A DNA stretch of 64,000 bases from Myxococcota bacterium (lineage in GTDB: Bacteria > Myxococcota_A > UBA9160 > UBA6930): the NCBI GenBank assembly GCA_965223415.1, contig OZ245002.1, forward strand, positions 4,736,001 to 4,800,000, written 5' to 3'. Below, piece after piece: positions 36,133 to 45,642 of this stretch (position 1 is its first letter; each line of letters begins with the position of its first letter). The notes under the pieces are model-generated. The model did no database searches. It had not been told where the DNA came from and saw nothing but the letters and a program-made list of their open reading frames with translations. Position numbers and translations under genes: made by a program.

Positions 36133-38829
36133 CTAGCGAGTGGAGGGGAAGCTGGGGGGTACGCAGCTCGCCTCGCTGGAGACGGATGGGACTCCGGAAA
36201 GCGTCGACGCCGAAGAGAGGTTTGCGAAGGCTCTCAAACGGAAGCACTTGAGAAAGGAGTTGCGCACGTTAACGTCGGCGCGGTCCATCTTTGATTCTCC
36301 GCTGCGAAAGGACCTGACACTTCGTAGTGTCGGTACCGCTGCGCAATCAGCGACAACCACTTGATCCGTGTTGCCAGGATCCTCTTCCGCCAGTGCATTG
36401 GCAACATCGACAGGAACGCCGGGCGGCAGTGTTGGCGTCCTTGCCTGGTAGCGCATCTCCAGGCCTTCGATTGTGGTACAGGCTGTGCGTCTTCCTTCGA
36501 CAAGCACACTGCCCACACCCGACTGCACATCTCTGCCACCGACCACCGTTAGGCAGCTCGCAGAGTTCTGGACGATTCCGTATGTCGCGTTTTCCTCAAG
36601 CCATGGAGAGATCACCGTTACTCCACCATAGGCCCCGTCTTGATAGGCGTGCGTAAAGCACATACCGGCACCAGAGCTCCTTTCCGCAACAGGGTTGTTG
36701 AGATGAATGCTGCTCCCTCTTCTATAGAAGTGGAATCCATGTCCGCTGTTGTTTGATGAAATCACGTTGTCGAGCAAGAGGTTGTTCGCCTCGCCAACCA
36801 GGACACCGGAGCCCACGCAGTTGAACGTGGCCACATTGGTCAGCCTTGCGCTTGTAGATCCACCAACGTCGCCGGCGTCGTTCCTGCCGCCGTGAATCCA
36901 GACGCACCCAGGAACCCCGAAGTTCACCGGGGCGATAGGTAGGTTGAACGAACTCGGCAGTACTGCGAGCGGCTCCGCGGGGCAGTAGGCACCGGCGATC
37001 CCACCCCGGTTCCCATAGAACCCGATGTCACTGACCAAGGCTGTAACTGAATCTCGGAGCTCAGCGACCGCGAGCTCGCAATCGTAGAGTGAGTGATAGA
37101 TCGTCGAACCGCTAACGTCTGGTGGCGTGTTGTTGACCAGCGCCGTGGCTCCCAAGCCGGTACCAACCCACTTGACTCCGCCTCCGACCGTCAATCCGCA
37201 CACTCGATACCTCTTGGGAAGGCCTACAACCTGACCACTCTTTCCTGACTCCTGCAATGCGCGTTGAACTGCCCAAGAGTCGTCTTCGCATTCGTCAAGC
37301 CGTCTCGCGTAACCCGCGCAGTCTTGGTCCGCCTCATCGCTGCAAGCAGCGTCGTTGTCCGTTCGGCACTGAGCCAGCGCGGCCGGGTCCGATTCGAGGT
37401 GTTCGCACGTTCTCTTTAGGCACGCGTCCTTGAAACCCGTGCGATTCTGAAGGCCGCACGGTTCCGAACACTCAGTTTGAAGGATGGTGCAGGCGGCCCC
37501 ACACGCCGTATTGGTCGGATCGTTTTGGTCTTGCTCGCAAGGCCGAGCACAGCTTCGGACCCTGGGGGCTCCTTTCTCATCCAGCCTGGGTGCGCCGTTC
37601 TCGTCCAGAATCACCCCGTCGGGAAACTCAAGATGCTCGCCTGGCAACGGGGATTGACTGGCGCGTCCACCGATCGCTCCCCACCACTCGGCGTAGATTC
37701 GGTCGACGACCTGGTCCTCGCGCAGCCCGACGAAACAGCCAGAGTTGGGCTTCTCCGGAGGAAGTTCGCCGGGGGTGAACTGGCGTTCCTCTTCACAGAA
37801 GTGGCGCGGACCCGCGATCACTTCGCCTCGTAACTCGACCCGCACGCCGTTCTCGACGTGCAAGAGGGCGCCGCTCTCCGGGCGAAACGCGGAATGGATG
37901 AAGAGCGTCAACGTGTTGTCTGCTCCGCAAGAGCAATTGTACAGTTCGCTGCCGCACGCCGCGGCCGCTGCTGGACACTGGTTGTCAATGATGTAGTTGC
38001 CCGGCGGAACAACGAGCGTCCCTCGCTGTCGCTTCAAGAGAACCTGGCTAGCCCGCGCAAATGCGAGAGTGTCGGAGCCTTGGCTGAAGTCGGCGATTTG
38101 GTGAAGGCCGCACGCCGCGCCTGTCAACTGAGCGTCTTCACCGTTGGCGTGACAGTTGGCTACGTACAAGTCGCCGGCGCCAGTTGGAAGCACACATTGC
38201 GCGTTGAACAAGAACTGGAGACGTACCTCGGCTGGGTCGCCTGTGCCTCCGGCCTCGGCCCGCATCTCCCATTCGAGTGCGTAGTCACCCGGAGGGAGAG
38301 GCGCGCTCACCGATGTCCGAACGTCGAAGTGCTCCTGCAATCCGCGTTGGGTGTGCTGATGGGAAAGGACCAGCTGCGGTGGGCCAGTGCTGGCTAGCCG
38401 GTAGAGAGCTACGACGGCACGAAACTGCGGATCAACGGTCCCAAGTACGCGGGTCGTTCCCTCGATTGACACGTGGGTCGGCTCATCGAAGGACACTTCA
38501 AACGTGTTCGCCTTGTTGTCGGCGCTAGCCAAGTCTCCCGCGAGCTTGATGCTGCCGTCGAAGGAGACCGTAGGGAGAGCAGGGGCACTGCCAATAGAGA
38601 GCGTCGCAGTGGTGGCAACGAAGCGTGATGCCCGCGTGCTGCAGTCGTGGCGCTCATCAATAGAGAAGTCGCCAACGTGGCTCGTGGTGAGGTCGCAGTC
38701 GGCGGATGCCGGTACTGGCCGAAGTGCGAAGCTGGTCTCCGTATCACCCGGAAACGTCACTTCGGCGAAGGCACCCGCGGGGAGTGCGAGGAGCATGACG
38801 ACCGCAGCCAGGAACATCGCCGACCTCAC
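36133..38829 (-). CDS. 898-aa secreted protein: beta-rich N-terminus, Cys-rich insert, right-handed beta-helix (pectate-lyase-like) region
   Basis: Signal peptide ..PAGAFA; DTLAFARA..LVVPPGNY, DDSWAVQRAL, beta-helix-like NCVGSGV/NNSGHGF/ENATYGI repeats; lower GC. Confidence 0.75.
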   Translation of the reverse strand: MRSAMFLAAVVMLLALPAGAFAEVTFPGDTETSFALRPVPASADCDLTTSHVGDFSIDERHDCSTRASRFVATTATLSIGSAPALPTVSFDGSIKLAGDLASADNKANTFEVSFDEPTHVSIEGTTRVLGTVDPQFRAVVALYRLASTGPPQLVLSHQHTQRGLQEHFDVRTSVSAPLPPGDYALEWEMRAEAGGTGDPAEVRLQFLFNAQCVLPTGAGDLYVANCHANGEDAQLTGAACGLHQIADFSQGSDTLAFARASQVLLKRQRGTLVVPPGNYIIDNQCPAAAAACGSELYNCSCGADNTLTLFIHSAFRPESGALLHVENGVRVELRGEVIAGPRHFCEEERQFTPGELPPEKPNSGCFVGLREDQVVDRIYAEWWGAIGGRASQSPLPGEHLEFPDGVILDENGAPRLDEKGAPRVRSCARPCEQDQNDPTNTACGAACTILQTECSEPCGLQNRTGFKDACLKRTCEHLESDPAALAQCRTDNDAACSDEADQDCAGYARRLDECEDDSWAVQRALQESGKSGQVVGLPKRYRVCGLTVGGGVKWVGTGLGATALVNNTPPDVSGSTIYHSLYDCELAVAELRDSVTALVSDIGFYGNRGGIAGAYCPAEPLAVLPSSFNLPIAPVNFGVPGCVWIHGGRNDAGDVGGSTSARLTNVATFNCVGSGVLVGEANNLLLDNVISSNNSGHGFHFYRRGSSIHLNNPVAERSSGAGMCFTHAYQDGAYGGVTVISPWLEENATYGIVQNSASCLTVVGGRDVQSGVGSVLVEGRRTACTTIEGLEMRYQARTPTLPPGVPVDVANALAEEDPGNTDQVVVADCAAVPTLRSVRSFRSGESKMDRADVNVRNSFLKCFRLRAFANLSSASTLSGVPSVSSEASCVPPSFPSTR

Positions 38830-39041
38830 GCTTGCTCGTCGACCAACGGACTAGCACGAACTGAAGCTGAGAGGCAACCCGTTGTTGTCTCGACCAGGAG
38901 GAGATCGCGGAATTGCATTCACACTCGCCTACGCCAGAACGCACGATCCGGCTTCCTTTCCATCACCCCGTGATGGCAGGTCACGAGGCAGCAAGCGAAA
39001 CCCGCGTTGACGGATCGGCGATTCCGCTCGCCCGTTCTCAA

Positions 39042-39113
39042 GAAACCGGATGGCGGGCGACATCAAGGAGGCCGCACCGCGATTCCTCACCTCCGCGGGA
39101 ATCGCGGGCGGCG
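39042..39113. repeat. 72-bp hairpin-containing repeat, copy 2
   Basis: GAAACCGGATGGCGGGCGACATCAAGGAGGCCGCACCGCGATTCCTCACCTCCGCGGGAATCGCGGGCGGCG. Confidence 0.8.
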
Positions 39114-39770
39114 CGTCTTGCTCGAACAGCGAGAGCGGGACAGCTGCTAATGGAGTGTCGTACTGTTGTACGTGTTGACCATTGAAACGAGGCGAGCCCA
39201 AGTCTCTGTGTCAAGGGAAGGGCTAAGCTCGACCTTGCGAGCCAACGCTGCGATCAAACCCATGAGGCCTGGGAAGCGGCCCAGGCACGGATGGAGTCGC
39301 GGCGGCGACCGCGGGATCGCAACCGCGCGGGCGGGCGCGCCCAGGGCCGCTACCTCCTTTCTGGGCTTTTGGCCTGCGGGCTCTGCGGCGGCGGCTTCTG
39401 GGCGATCGATCGTCGCGGGGTGTTCGGCTGCGGGGCGCGGAAGGATCGGGGCAGGGCGGCCTGCGGCTGTGAGCTGCGCGTCGCGGCGGACGACCTGGAG
39501 GGTCGAATCGTTGGCGCGCTCCGCGACCAGGTCCTCACCGAAGAGAATGTGGCGCGGGTCGCCGACCGCGCGCTGCAGATCGTGCAAGAGCAGCTCGGCG
39601 CTCAGAGCGACGATCCGACCGAACGCCTGAAGGCTTGTCGAGGGACGTCATCTCTTGCGCGCTAAGAGGACGGCTAGTTTTGCGCACCCCCCTGGGTTGA
39701 TGTTCGGTTCTTCCTTCTTCTCTTCCGCTCTCCGAAGGAGAGCACGGCCGTCAGGCCGCCCTCTGGGGCC

Positions 39771-40571
39771 TCAACGCTGGGCGCTTTGCCCCGCGGCCTG
39801 CTCGAGCTCGCGGAGCCGGTAGCTCCGCCCCGAGATGTTGAGCACCTGGCTGTGGTGGAGGAGGCGATCGAGGATGGCGGTGGCCAGCACCTCGTCGCCC
39901 GCCAGCACCTCGGGCCAGTCGGCGATGCCCTTGTTCGTGGTGATCAGGATCGAGCCCCTCCCATAGCGGTAGGAGACGAGCCGGAAGAAGAGGCTCGCCT
40001 CCTGGCGCGTCATGGGCTCGAAGCCGACCTCGTCGATGACGAGGAGCGCCACGTTCATGTGCTTGCGCCGCCGCAGCCGTTGCGGGCTGATCTCGGCGTC
40101 GCGCTTGAGGGCCGCCAGCAGGTCCTCGAGGCGATGGAAGGCCACGGAGAAGCCGTTCTCCACGGCCCGCACCCCCAGGGCCACCGCCAGGTGGGTCTTG
40201 CCCACTCCCGGCGGACCCTGGATCAGCAGACTCTCCTTGGCCCGGATCCACGCGCAGGTGCCCAGCGTCTCGATCCGGCTCCGCTCCACACTCGGCTGGA
40301 AGGCGAAGTCGAAGTTGCCGAGGGTCTGCCCCGTGGGAAGGCCCGAGAGACGGAGCGAGGTCTTCATCCTCCGCTCCTCGCGGTGCTGCAGCTCGGCCTC
40401 GAGCAGCAGGTCGAGGAAGCGGTGGGGCACGAGGTCGTCCTTGGTCGCTCGGGCCAGCTCCTCGCCGATGTGCTCGGCCGCGTGATGGAGGCCGAGGCGC
40501 ACGAGCCGCTCGCGGGTCGGGTCGAGATCCACCTTGCCGCCCTTCTTGGGCACCGGGTTTCCCGCCGTCAT
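39771..40571 (-). CDS. istB: IS21 helper ATPase IstB
   Basis: Identical translation to 29824-30624. Confidence 0.95.
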   Translation of the reverse strand: MTAGNPVPKKGGKVDLDPTRERLVRLGLHHAAEHIGEELARATKDDLVPHRFLDLLLEAELQHREERRMKTSLRLSGLPTGQTLGNFDFAFQPSVERSRIETLGTCAWIRAKESLLIQGPPGVGKTHLAVALGVRAVENGFSVAFHRLEDLLAALKRDAEISPQRLRRRKHMNVALLVIDEVGFEPMTRQEASLFFRLVSYRYGRGSILITTNKGIADWPEVLAGDEVLATAILDRLLHHSQVLNISGRSYRLRELEQAAGQSAQR

Positions 40572-41854
40572 CGCGCCACCTCCGCCAGATCGGCATAGAG
40601 GTCGATCGGCCGCTGCTCCGGCTCCATCGCCCACAGCTCCTGGAGGCGTCGACCCATGCGCCCGAGCGGTACGGGCGCCTCCACCCCCTCCGTGCTCGGC
40701 CCCTCGTAGTGGCTCGGGTCCAGCAGCAGGCGGCTTCGCGTGTGGCGCGGGTGCGCGGCCACCACCGAGCCCTCGGCCCAGACCTGCACCTGCCGGGCGC
40801 AGCCGCGCACCTCGACGCTCTGCTCGACGAAGCGGAAGGGGACGCTGTAGGTACGCCCCTCGAAGCGCACCGTGGCGTCGCGCCCGACACGTCGCATCAC
40901 GGCCAGGTCGAAGGGCTCGGGAAGCCGCTCGGGCAGGGCCCCGAGATGGGGCTTCTCCGCCTCCCACGCCTGGAAGACCGTCGTGCCCGTCGCCGGGCAC
41001 TGCCGCCGGTGGCTCGAGCGCGCCACCTGGCCGTCCGTCCACGCTTGCAGCGACTCCAGGCTCTCGTGCTCCCGCCGACGCGGATCGAAGCCCCGCCGGT
41101 GCCCCAGGATCCGACGCTCCACCTTCCCCTTCTCCTGCGGCTGGCGGGGACGGGTGGCGTCCACGTGGAAGCGAAGGGCCCCGGCATAGCTCGCGTAAGC
41201 CGGGTTCACCGTCCCCCATGGCCCCGCCCCCTTCGCCACCGCTGTCTTCACGTTGTCGACCCGCAGCACCGCCGGCACCCCGCCCAGCCGCTCGAAGGCC
41301 CGGTTGTGCACGTCCAGCCACGCCAGCGTGTCCGCCCGCTCCGACCACACCACCGCTTCTCGCCGCGAGTGCGAGAGCACCAGGTGGAAGGCATGCAGGT
41401 CCACCTCCTGGCCCCCGATCCGCACGCCCGGAAACTCGCCCCAGTCCACCTGACCCTGCGCCCCGGGCGGTGTCTCCACCCGACGCCGGCTCCGCACCTT
41501 CGGTCTCGGGAACCGGGCCCGCACGTACCGCTGCACGCTCTTGGAGCTCCCCGTGTACCCGTGCTCCTCCACCAGGAACTCGTGAAGCTCCTGCAGGTTC
41601 ACGCCACGGCCTCCCGAGCTCGCCTCCAGCCACTCCGCGATCACCTCGTGGACCGCCTCGGCCAGGAAGGGCTTCCCGCTCCGGCCGTCTCGCGCCCCCT
41701 CCGCCAGCCGCTTCAGCCGGTAGCGCACCGCGCTCTCCCGGATCCCCAGCTGGCGGGCGATCTCCCGGTTCGAGCACCCCCGCTCGTGCAGCACTTCGAT
41801 CGTCATCACTTCCTCCTGCCTCAGTCGCCGCTGCCCCACGCCCCCCTCCCTCAC
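40568..41854 (-). CDS. istA: IS21 transposase IstA
   Basis: Identical translation to 28541-29827. Confidence 0.93.
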   Translation of the reverse strand: MREGGVGQRRLRQEEVMTIEVLHERGCSNREIARQLGIRESAVRYRLKRLAEGARDGRSGKPFLAEAVHEVIAEWLEASSGGRGVNLQELHEFLVEEHGYTGSSKSVQRYVRARFPRPKVRSRRRVETPPGAQGQVDWGEFPGVRIGGQEVDLHAFHLVLSHSRREAVVWSERADTLAWLDVHNRAFERLGGVPAVLRVDNVKTAVAKGAGPWGTVNPAYASYAGALRFHVDATRPRQPQEKGKVERRILGHRRGFDPRRREHESLESLQAWTDGQVARSSHRRQCPATGTTVFQAWEAEKPHLGALPERLPEPFDLAVMRRVGRDATVRFEGRTYSVPFRFVEQSVEVRGCARQVQVWAEGSVVAAHPRHTRSRLLLDPSHYEGPSTEGVEAPVPLGRMGRRLQELWAMEPEQRPIDLYADLAEVAR

Positions 41855-42309
41855 GGGGAACGTGCCGCGCAGCGGCTCAACAGGAGGTGCGCAAATCTAC
41901 GTGTCCTCTTAGCCCTCGAATATCACGTCCTGCGACAAGGCTCTCGACGAGCAGATCGAGCGCGCAGTCGACCTCGCGGTCCGAAGTGGCGGCGTCGAGG
42001 CCGTGGGGCGCAAGCTGAGGAAGCTGGAGGCGGAGCGAGAGAGGCTCGCCGTCCAGCAGGCACAGGCGCCGCCGGCGCTCGACCTTGGCGCACTCCGAAG
42101 CCGCGCGCTGGAACTCGCGGCCGACCTTCGGGCCACGTTCGCGCTGGCACCCGACGAGACGCGCAGTGCGCTGCGGATGCTCGTCGGAGATGACCGAATC
42201 CGCGTGTCCCCCGACCCTGATCGCGGTTTCCGCGTCGAAGGGGTCGTGGGGCTTCCCTGGGGACCCCCGAGGCCACTGGCCGGGGCCGAAGCCCCGGCGC
42301 AGTGGCGTC

Positions 42310-42386
42310 AGGTAGCGGGGACAGGATTCGAACCTGCGACCTGCGGGTTATGAGCCCGCCGAGCTACCAGACTGCTCCACCCCGCA
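42310..42386 (-). tRNA. Initiator tRNA-Met (CAT)
   Basis: TGCGGGGTGGAGCAGTCTGGTAGCTCGGCGGGCTCATAACCCGCAGGTCGCAGGTTCGAATCCTGTCCCCGCTACCT; 1:72 mismatch and three consecutive G-C pairs in anticodon stem; 3' end reads CCT. Confidence 0.95.
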
Positions 42387-42403
42387 ACAGATCTGGGAGA
42401 AGC

Positions 42404-42432
42404 AGCTTAGACGTGGTTTCTCGGGGCGTCAA
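42404..42432 (-). promoter_or_regulatory. Sigma70-type promoter for tRNA-Met
   Basis: TTGACG-17 bp-TAAGCT. Confidence 0.7.
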
Positions 42433-42498
42433 ACCGTGAAGCTGCGCATCGGATGCCTCGAAGCTGCTTGCGAGAAGGGGTTCCAAGCATTCGAAAGG

Positions 42499-42515
42499 GT
42501 GACACTTTTTGTCAC
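42499..42515. promoter_or_regulatory. Putative transcription factor operator
   Basis: GTGACA-CTTTT-TGTCAC inverted repeat ~45 bp upstream of ATG 42560. Confidence 0.45.
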
Positions 42516-42559
42516 TTCCGAGGCACTCTCCCAGTGCCTACCTGCGAGGAGAGCTGGAT

Positions 42560-43186
42560 ATGCAGAGCAGAACGCATTGGATTGGTGTCGTGGTGGGGTT
42601 GGGCCTGGCGGTGCTCGTGGCGACGCCGGCGATGGCGGGCAAGGCCTATCGCTACAGCGCCCCGGACGGAAGCTTGGCCTTCACCGACGACCTGGAGCGG
42701 ATCCCCGAGGCCCTGCGCCGCAGCGCCGAGGTGATCGATACCACGCCGCTCCGCGGCTACGGACGGCTCTCGCCGAGCCACGCCGACGAGAGCGCCGAGC
42801 GCATCGCCCGGCTGCGCGAGAACACGGACCGTCTGCGCAAGCTGGCGGACGAGGCGGCCCAGGAGCAGGCGCTCCTGGCCGCAGCGCGCAACGGCCACGG
42901 CCTCGCGCCCCCGGCGGCGAGCGGCCACCTCGCGGCGGCCGGCGGCTACCAGGCCACGGTCGAGGTGAACGGCGCCACGATCCGGCTTCCCGCCGCGGGC
43001 GGCGGCGAAGGTCCGATCGTGGTCGAGCAGGTCCGGGCCATTCGGAAGGGCAAGAACATCACCCAGGAGTCCACCGTGGTCCGCCAGGGCGACGAGATCC
43101 TGATGGTGGTGTTCCCCGATCCGCACACCCAGACGAACTTCAACGACTTCGTCCGCGAGGAAGACATCCTCGAGGGTCGACGCTAG
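42560..43186 (+). CDS. DUF4124-like secreted protein
   Basis: Signal peptide ..PAMA; YRYSAPDGSLAFTDDLERIPEALR. Confidence 0.75.
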   Translation: MQSRTHWIGVVVGLGLAVLVATPAMAGKAYRYSAPDGSLAFTDDLERIPEALRRSAEVIDTTPLRGYGRLSPSHADESAERIARLRENTDRLRKLADEAAQEQALLAAARNGHGLAPPAASGHLAAAGGYQATVEVNGATIRLPAAGGGEGPIVVEQVRAIRKGKNITQESTVVRQGDEILMVVFPDPHTQTNFNDFVREEDILEGRR

Positions 43187-43264
43187 GGGCTCTCGGGGCC
43201 CGGGCAGCGCAGAATCGAGCCGGGCGCGGGATCTCGTCTCCGCGTCCGGCTCGCCGTTCCGCGA

Positions 43265-44029
43265 TCAGCTCGCTCCCATGGGCGACGTCTCGGAACGGGA
43301 GCTGTCGGAGGCCCAGCGCTCGTGCACATAGCCTTCGAGGGCGTTCAGGGTCGATCCGTCCAGGTCGACGAACCGCATGCCCAGCCCCGGGGCGCCGCGG
43401 TCGGATCGGAGCTGCCGCCACACGGTCGTGGCGGTGGGACGCAGGGCGAGATCCTGCTCGGGCAGGGTGAACGCGATCGTCACCTCCGTGCCCTCCGGCG
43501 GGAACCACTCGGCCTGCACGAAGACGCCGCCCCGCGAGAGGTTCGAGATGCGTCCCTCGACGCTGCGCTCCGGTCCCTCCAGGCGGGCAGGCGCATCCAC
43601 CTCGATGCGCGGGAGGCCGCGGGGCCCTCCGGGCTCGAGCATCCGCGACACCGCGCCGACCAGGGACCTGCGCGAGAGCGGCTTGCTGATCACGTCGCTG
43701 GCGCCGGCGCGCACCGCCAGCGCGTGCTCCTCCGGGTCACCGGAGGAGACGAGGACCACGGGCAGTGTCGGATCGTGGGCGCGTTCGCGCAGCCTTCCGC
43801 ACAGAACGTCGCCGGTGATGTCGGGCAGGCGGAAGTCGACCACGGCCACGTCGATGGGCGTGGTCGCCATCACGTCGAGGGCCTCGGCGCCGCTGCGAGC
43901 GGCTCGCACGCGGCCGAACGGCGCCAGGAAGAGCGACTCGAGCTCGACGAACATGGGCACGTCGTCGACCACCAGGATGCGCGGCATCTCGGCAGGAGCG
44001 GCCTCCTGTCGGACCGGCTCGGCGCTCAC
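43265..44029 (-). CDS. Response regulator receiver + PilZ domain protein
   Basis: ILVVDD, VVDFRLPDITG, SKP; RGLPR and NLSRGG PilZ motifs, GLGMRF. Confidence 0.88.
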   Translation of the reverse strand: MSAEPVRQEAAPAEMPRILVVDDVPMFVELESLFLAPFGRVRAARSGAEALDVMATTPIDVAVVDFRLPDITGDVLCGRLRERAHDPTLPVVLVSSGDPEEHALAVRAGASDVISKPLSRRSLVGAVSRMLEPGGPRGLPRIEVDAPARLEGPERSVEGRISNLSRGGVFVQAEWFPPEGTEVTIAFTLPEQDLALRPTATTVWRQLRSDRGAPGLGMRFVDLDGSTLNALEGYVHERWASDSSRSETSPMGAS

Positions 44030-44475
44030 CGGGTGGCCACCCCCAACGCCTTGCGGAGCCGTCCCACCTCCAGGGACACCATCCAGACCGCCGCCTCGAC
44101 GTCGAAGGTCCAGTCCTGCTCGATGTCGATGGTGCGCTCGATCGGCGAGCTCATGGAGTAGCCGCGGAAGCGCACGAGGATCTTGGCGTGGTTCTCGTCG
44201 ATGGTCTCGACACTGAGCGTCTCGTAGTCGGTGAGGCGCAGGTCGGTGAGGTTCGGGGCCAGGGTCTCGAACTCCGCCCGCTGCTCGGGCACGACGAACT
44301 GGGCCGCCTTCTCGATCACGCCCCAGCGCAGGTACTGGGTGAACTCGCGCTGGGTGTCCTTCAGGCGGTCGCGGGCCTGGTAGGGATCGTTCAGGTCGAT
44401 GGCGCAGCCCCCGAGCAGGGCAAGCAGGGCGAGGCCGGCCGCGACCGGTGCGCAGCGCTGGACGAAGCTTCTCAT
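44026..44475 (-). CDS. Hypothetical lipoprotein
   Basis: Lipobox LLGGC; LRWG motif. Confidence 0.7.
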   Translation of the reverse strand: MRSFVQRCAPVAAGLALLALLGGCAIDLNDPYQARDRLKDTQREFTQYLRWGVIEKAAQFVVPEQRAEFETLAPNLTDLRLTDYETLSVETIDENHAKILVRFRGYSMSSPIERTIDIEQDWTFDVEAAVWMVSLEVGRLRKALGVATR

Positions 44476-44634
44476 GGTTCCCCCGGGCGCGGCCCGTTTG
44501 TGGCGCAGATCACGCCGCATGCTGTGGACCGCATTGCCGTTTTTCCGATCGGCGCTGCCGGATGGGAACTTGAGGAGCCATCCCCGGCGGCCCCGGCTCC
44601 CGGAACGGGGGGCCTTCGCTAGCCTGCGGCTCCT

Positions 44635-45636
44635 ATGGGAGGGGCGCTGCTCGCAGGGGTGGACATCGGCGGCACGAAGACCGCCTTCGCCCTGGCCGAG
44701 GCCCCGGCGGAAGCGGCGCAGGTGCCCGCCGGAGGGGAGGGCGCGCCGGCCACCCAGCTCCTCGCGAGCGCGCGCCGCCCGAGCGAGCCCACGGAGGATC
44801 CGGTCGCGGATCTTCGCCGGATGACCGACGACGTCCGCCGGCTCCTGGCCGAGGCCGGGGCCGCGCCGGGAGACCTGGCCGGGGTCGGCGTCTCGGTCGC
44901 TGGGCCCATCGACGTGGAGGCGGGTCTGGTCCTGCAGCCGCCGAACCTCCCGCACTGGGATCGGGCGCCGGTACGGGACGTCCTCCAGGCGGAGCTCGGC
45001 TGTGCGGTGCGGCTCGACAACGACGCCAACGCCGCCGCCCTCGCCGAGTGGCGCTACGGCGCCGGGCGGGGCACCCGCCACATGATCTACCTGACCATGT
45101 CGACGGGCGTCGGCGGCGGCCTCGTGCTCGGCGGCCGCATCCATCGCGGCGTGGCCTGCAGCGCGGGCGAGATCGGGCACATCCCCATCGAGTGGGAGGG
45201 CCTGACGTGCCACTGCGGCATGCGGGGCTGCCTGGAGGCCTACATCGGCGGAGCAGCCTGGGCCGAGCGCCTGGCGCGCATTACCCCGGCCGCGAGCCGG
45301 GTCGCCGCCCTCACCCGGGCCGGAGACACGCCGCGGCCGGAGCAGGTGGTCGAGGCGGCACGGGAGGGCGACGCCTTCGCGCTGGCGGAGATGGCGCGCT
45401 TCAACGACTACCTGGCCCGGGGCCTGGTCCACCTGGCCTTCACGCTGGCTCCCGAGTGCATCGTGCTGGGCACGATCGTCACGGCGGCGGGCGAGGCACT
45501 GTGCCTGGCCCCGGTTCGCGAGCAGGTCCGCGCCCGCACCTGGCCCGGGGTCCGCGACGTGCTGCGGATCGTCCCCAGCGCCCTCGGCGGGGAGCTTCCC
45601 TACTACGCCGGCCTGGCCGTGGCCCAGGCGGACTGA
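44635..45636 (+). CDS. ROK family sugar kinase (glucokinase-like)
   Basis: GVDIGGTK, DNDANAAALAE, STGVGGG, GEIGH, CHCGMRGCLE. Confidence 0.93.
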   Translation: MGGALLAGVDIGGTKTAFALAEAPAEAAQVPAGGEGAPATQLLASARRPSEPTEDPVADLRRMTDDVRRLLAEAGAAPGDLAGVGVSVAGPIDVEAGLVLQPPNLPHWDRAPVRDVLQAELGCAVRLDNDANAAALAEWRYGAGRGTRHMIYLTMSTGVGGGLVLGGRIHRGVACSAGEIGHIPIEWEGLTCHCGMRGCLEAYIGGAAWAERLARITPAASRVAALTRAGDTPRPEQVVEAAREGDAFALAEMARFNDYLARGLVHLAFTLAPECIVLGTIVTAAGEALCLAPVREQVRARTWPGVRDVLRIVPSALGGELPYYAGLAVAQAD

Positions 45637-45642
45637 CTCCGC

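Larger units (their letters stand above)
39636..41937 (-). mobile_element. IS21-family element, copy B (inverted relative to copy A, apparently identical)
   Basis: Same 2302-bp length and identical translations; target duplication AGGCT (39631-39635, 41938-41942). Confidence 0.95.
25410..42309. mobile_element. Composite, decaying genomic island between two convergent tRNAs
   Basis: Visibly lower GC in cargo genes, five IS copies, pseudogenes, att-like tRNA fragment, recombinase remnant. Confidence 0.85.
39261..42353 (+). pseudogene. Large serine recombinase C-terminal remnant (Zn ribbon + coiled coil), split by IS21 copy B
   Basis: WEAAQAR..RYLLSGLLACGLCGG..GC..C; rejoins RLKA|LDEQIERAVDL; ends VAGTGFEPATCGL antisense in tRNA-Met; catalytic N-terminus absent. 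Confidence 0.85.

Noticed and set aside
36047..39113. Integron attC interpretation of the 72-bp repeats
   Set aside because: No RYYYAAC/GTTRRRY boxes bracketing the stem and no integron integrase in the window; kept as an unexplained repeat instead
38950..39113. Riboswitch upstream of the 898-aa gene
   Set aside because: No recognisable aptamer consensus on the coding strand by eye
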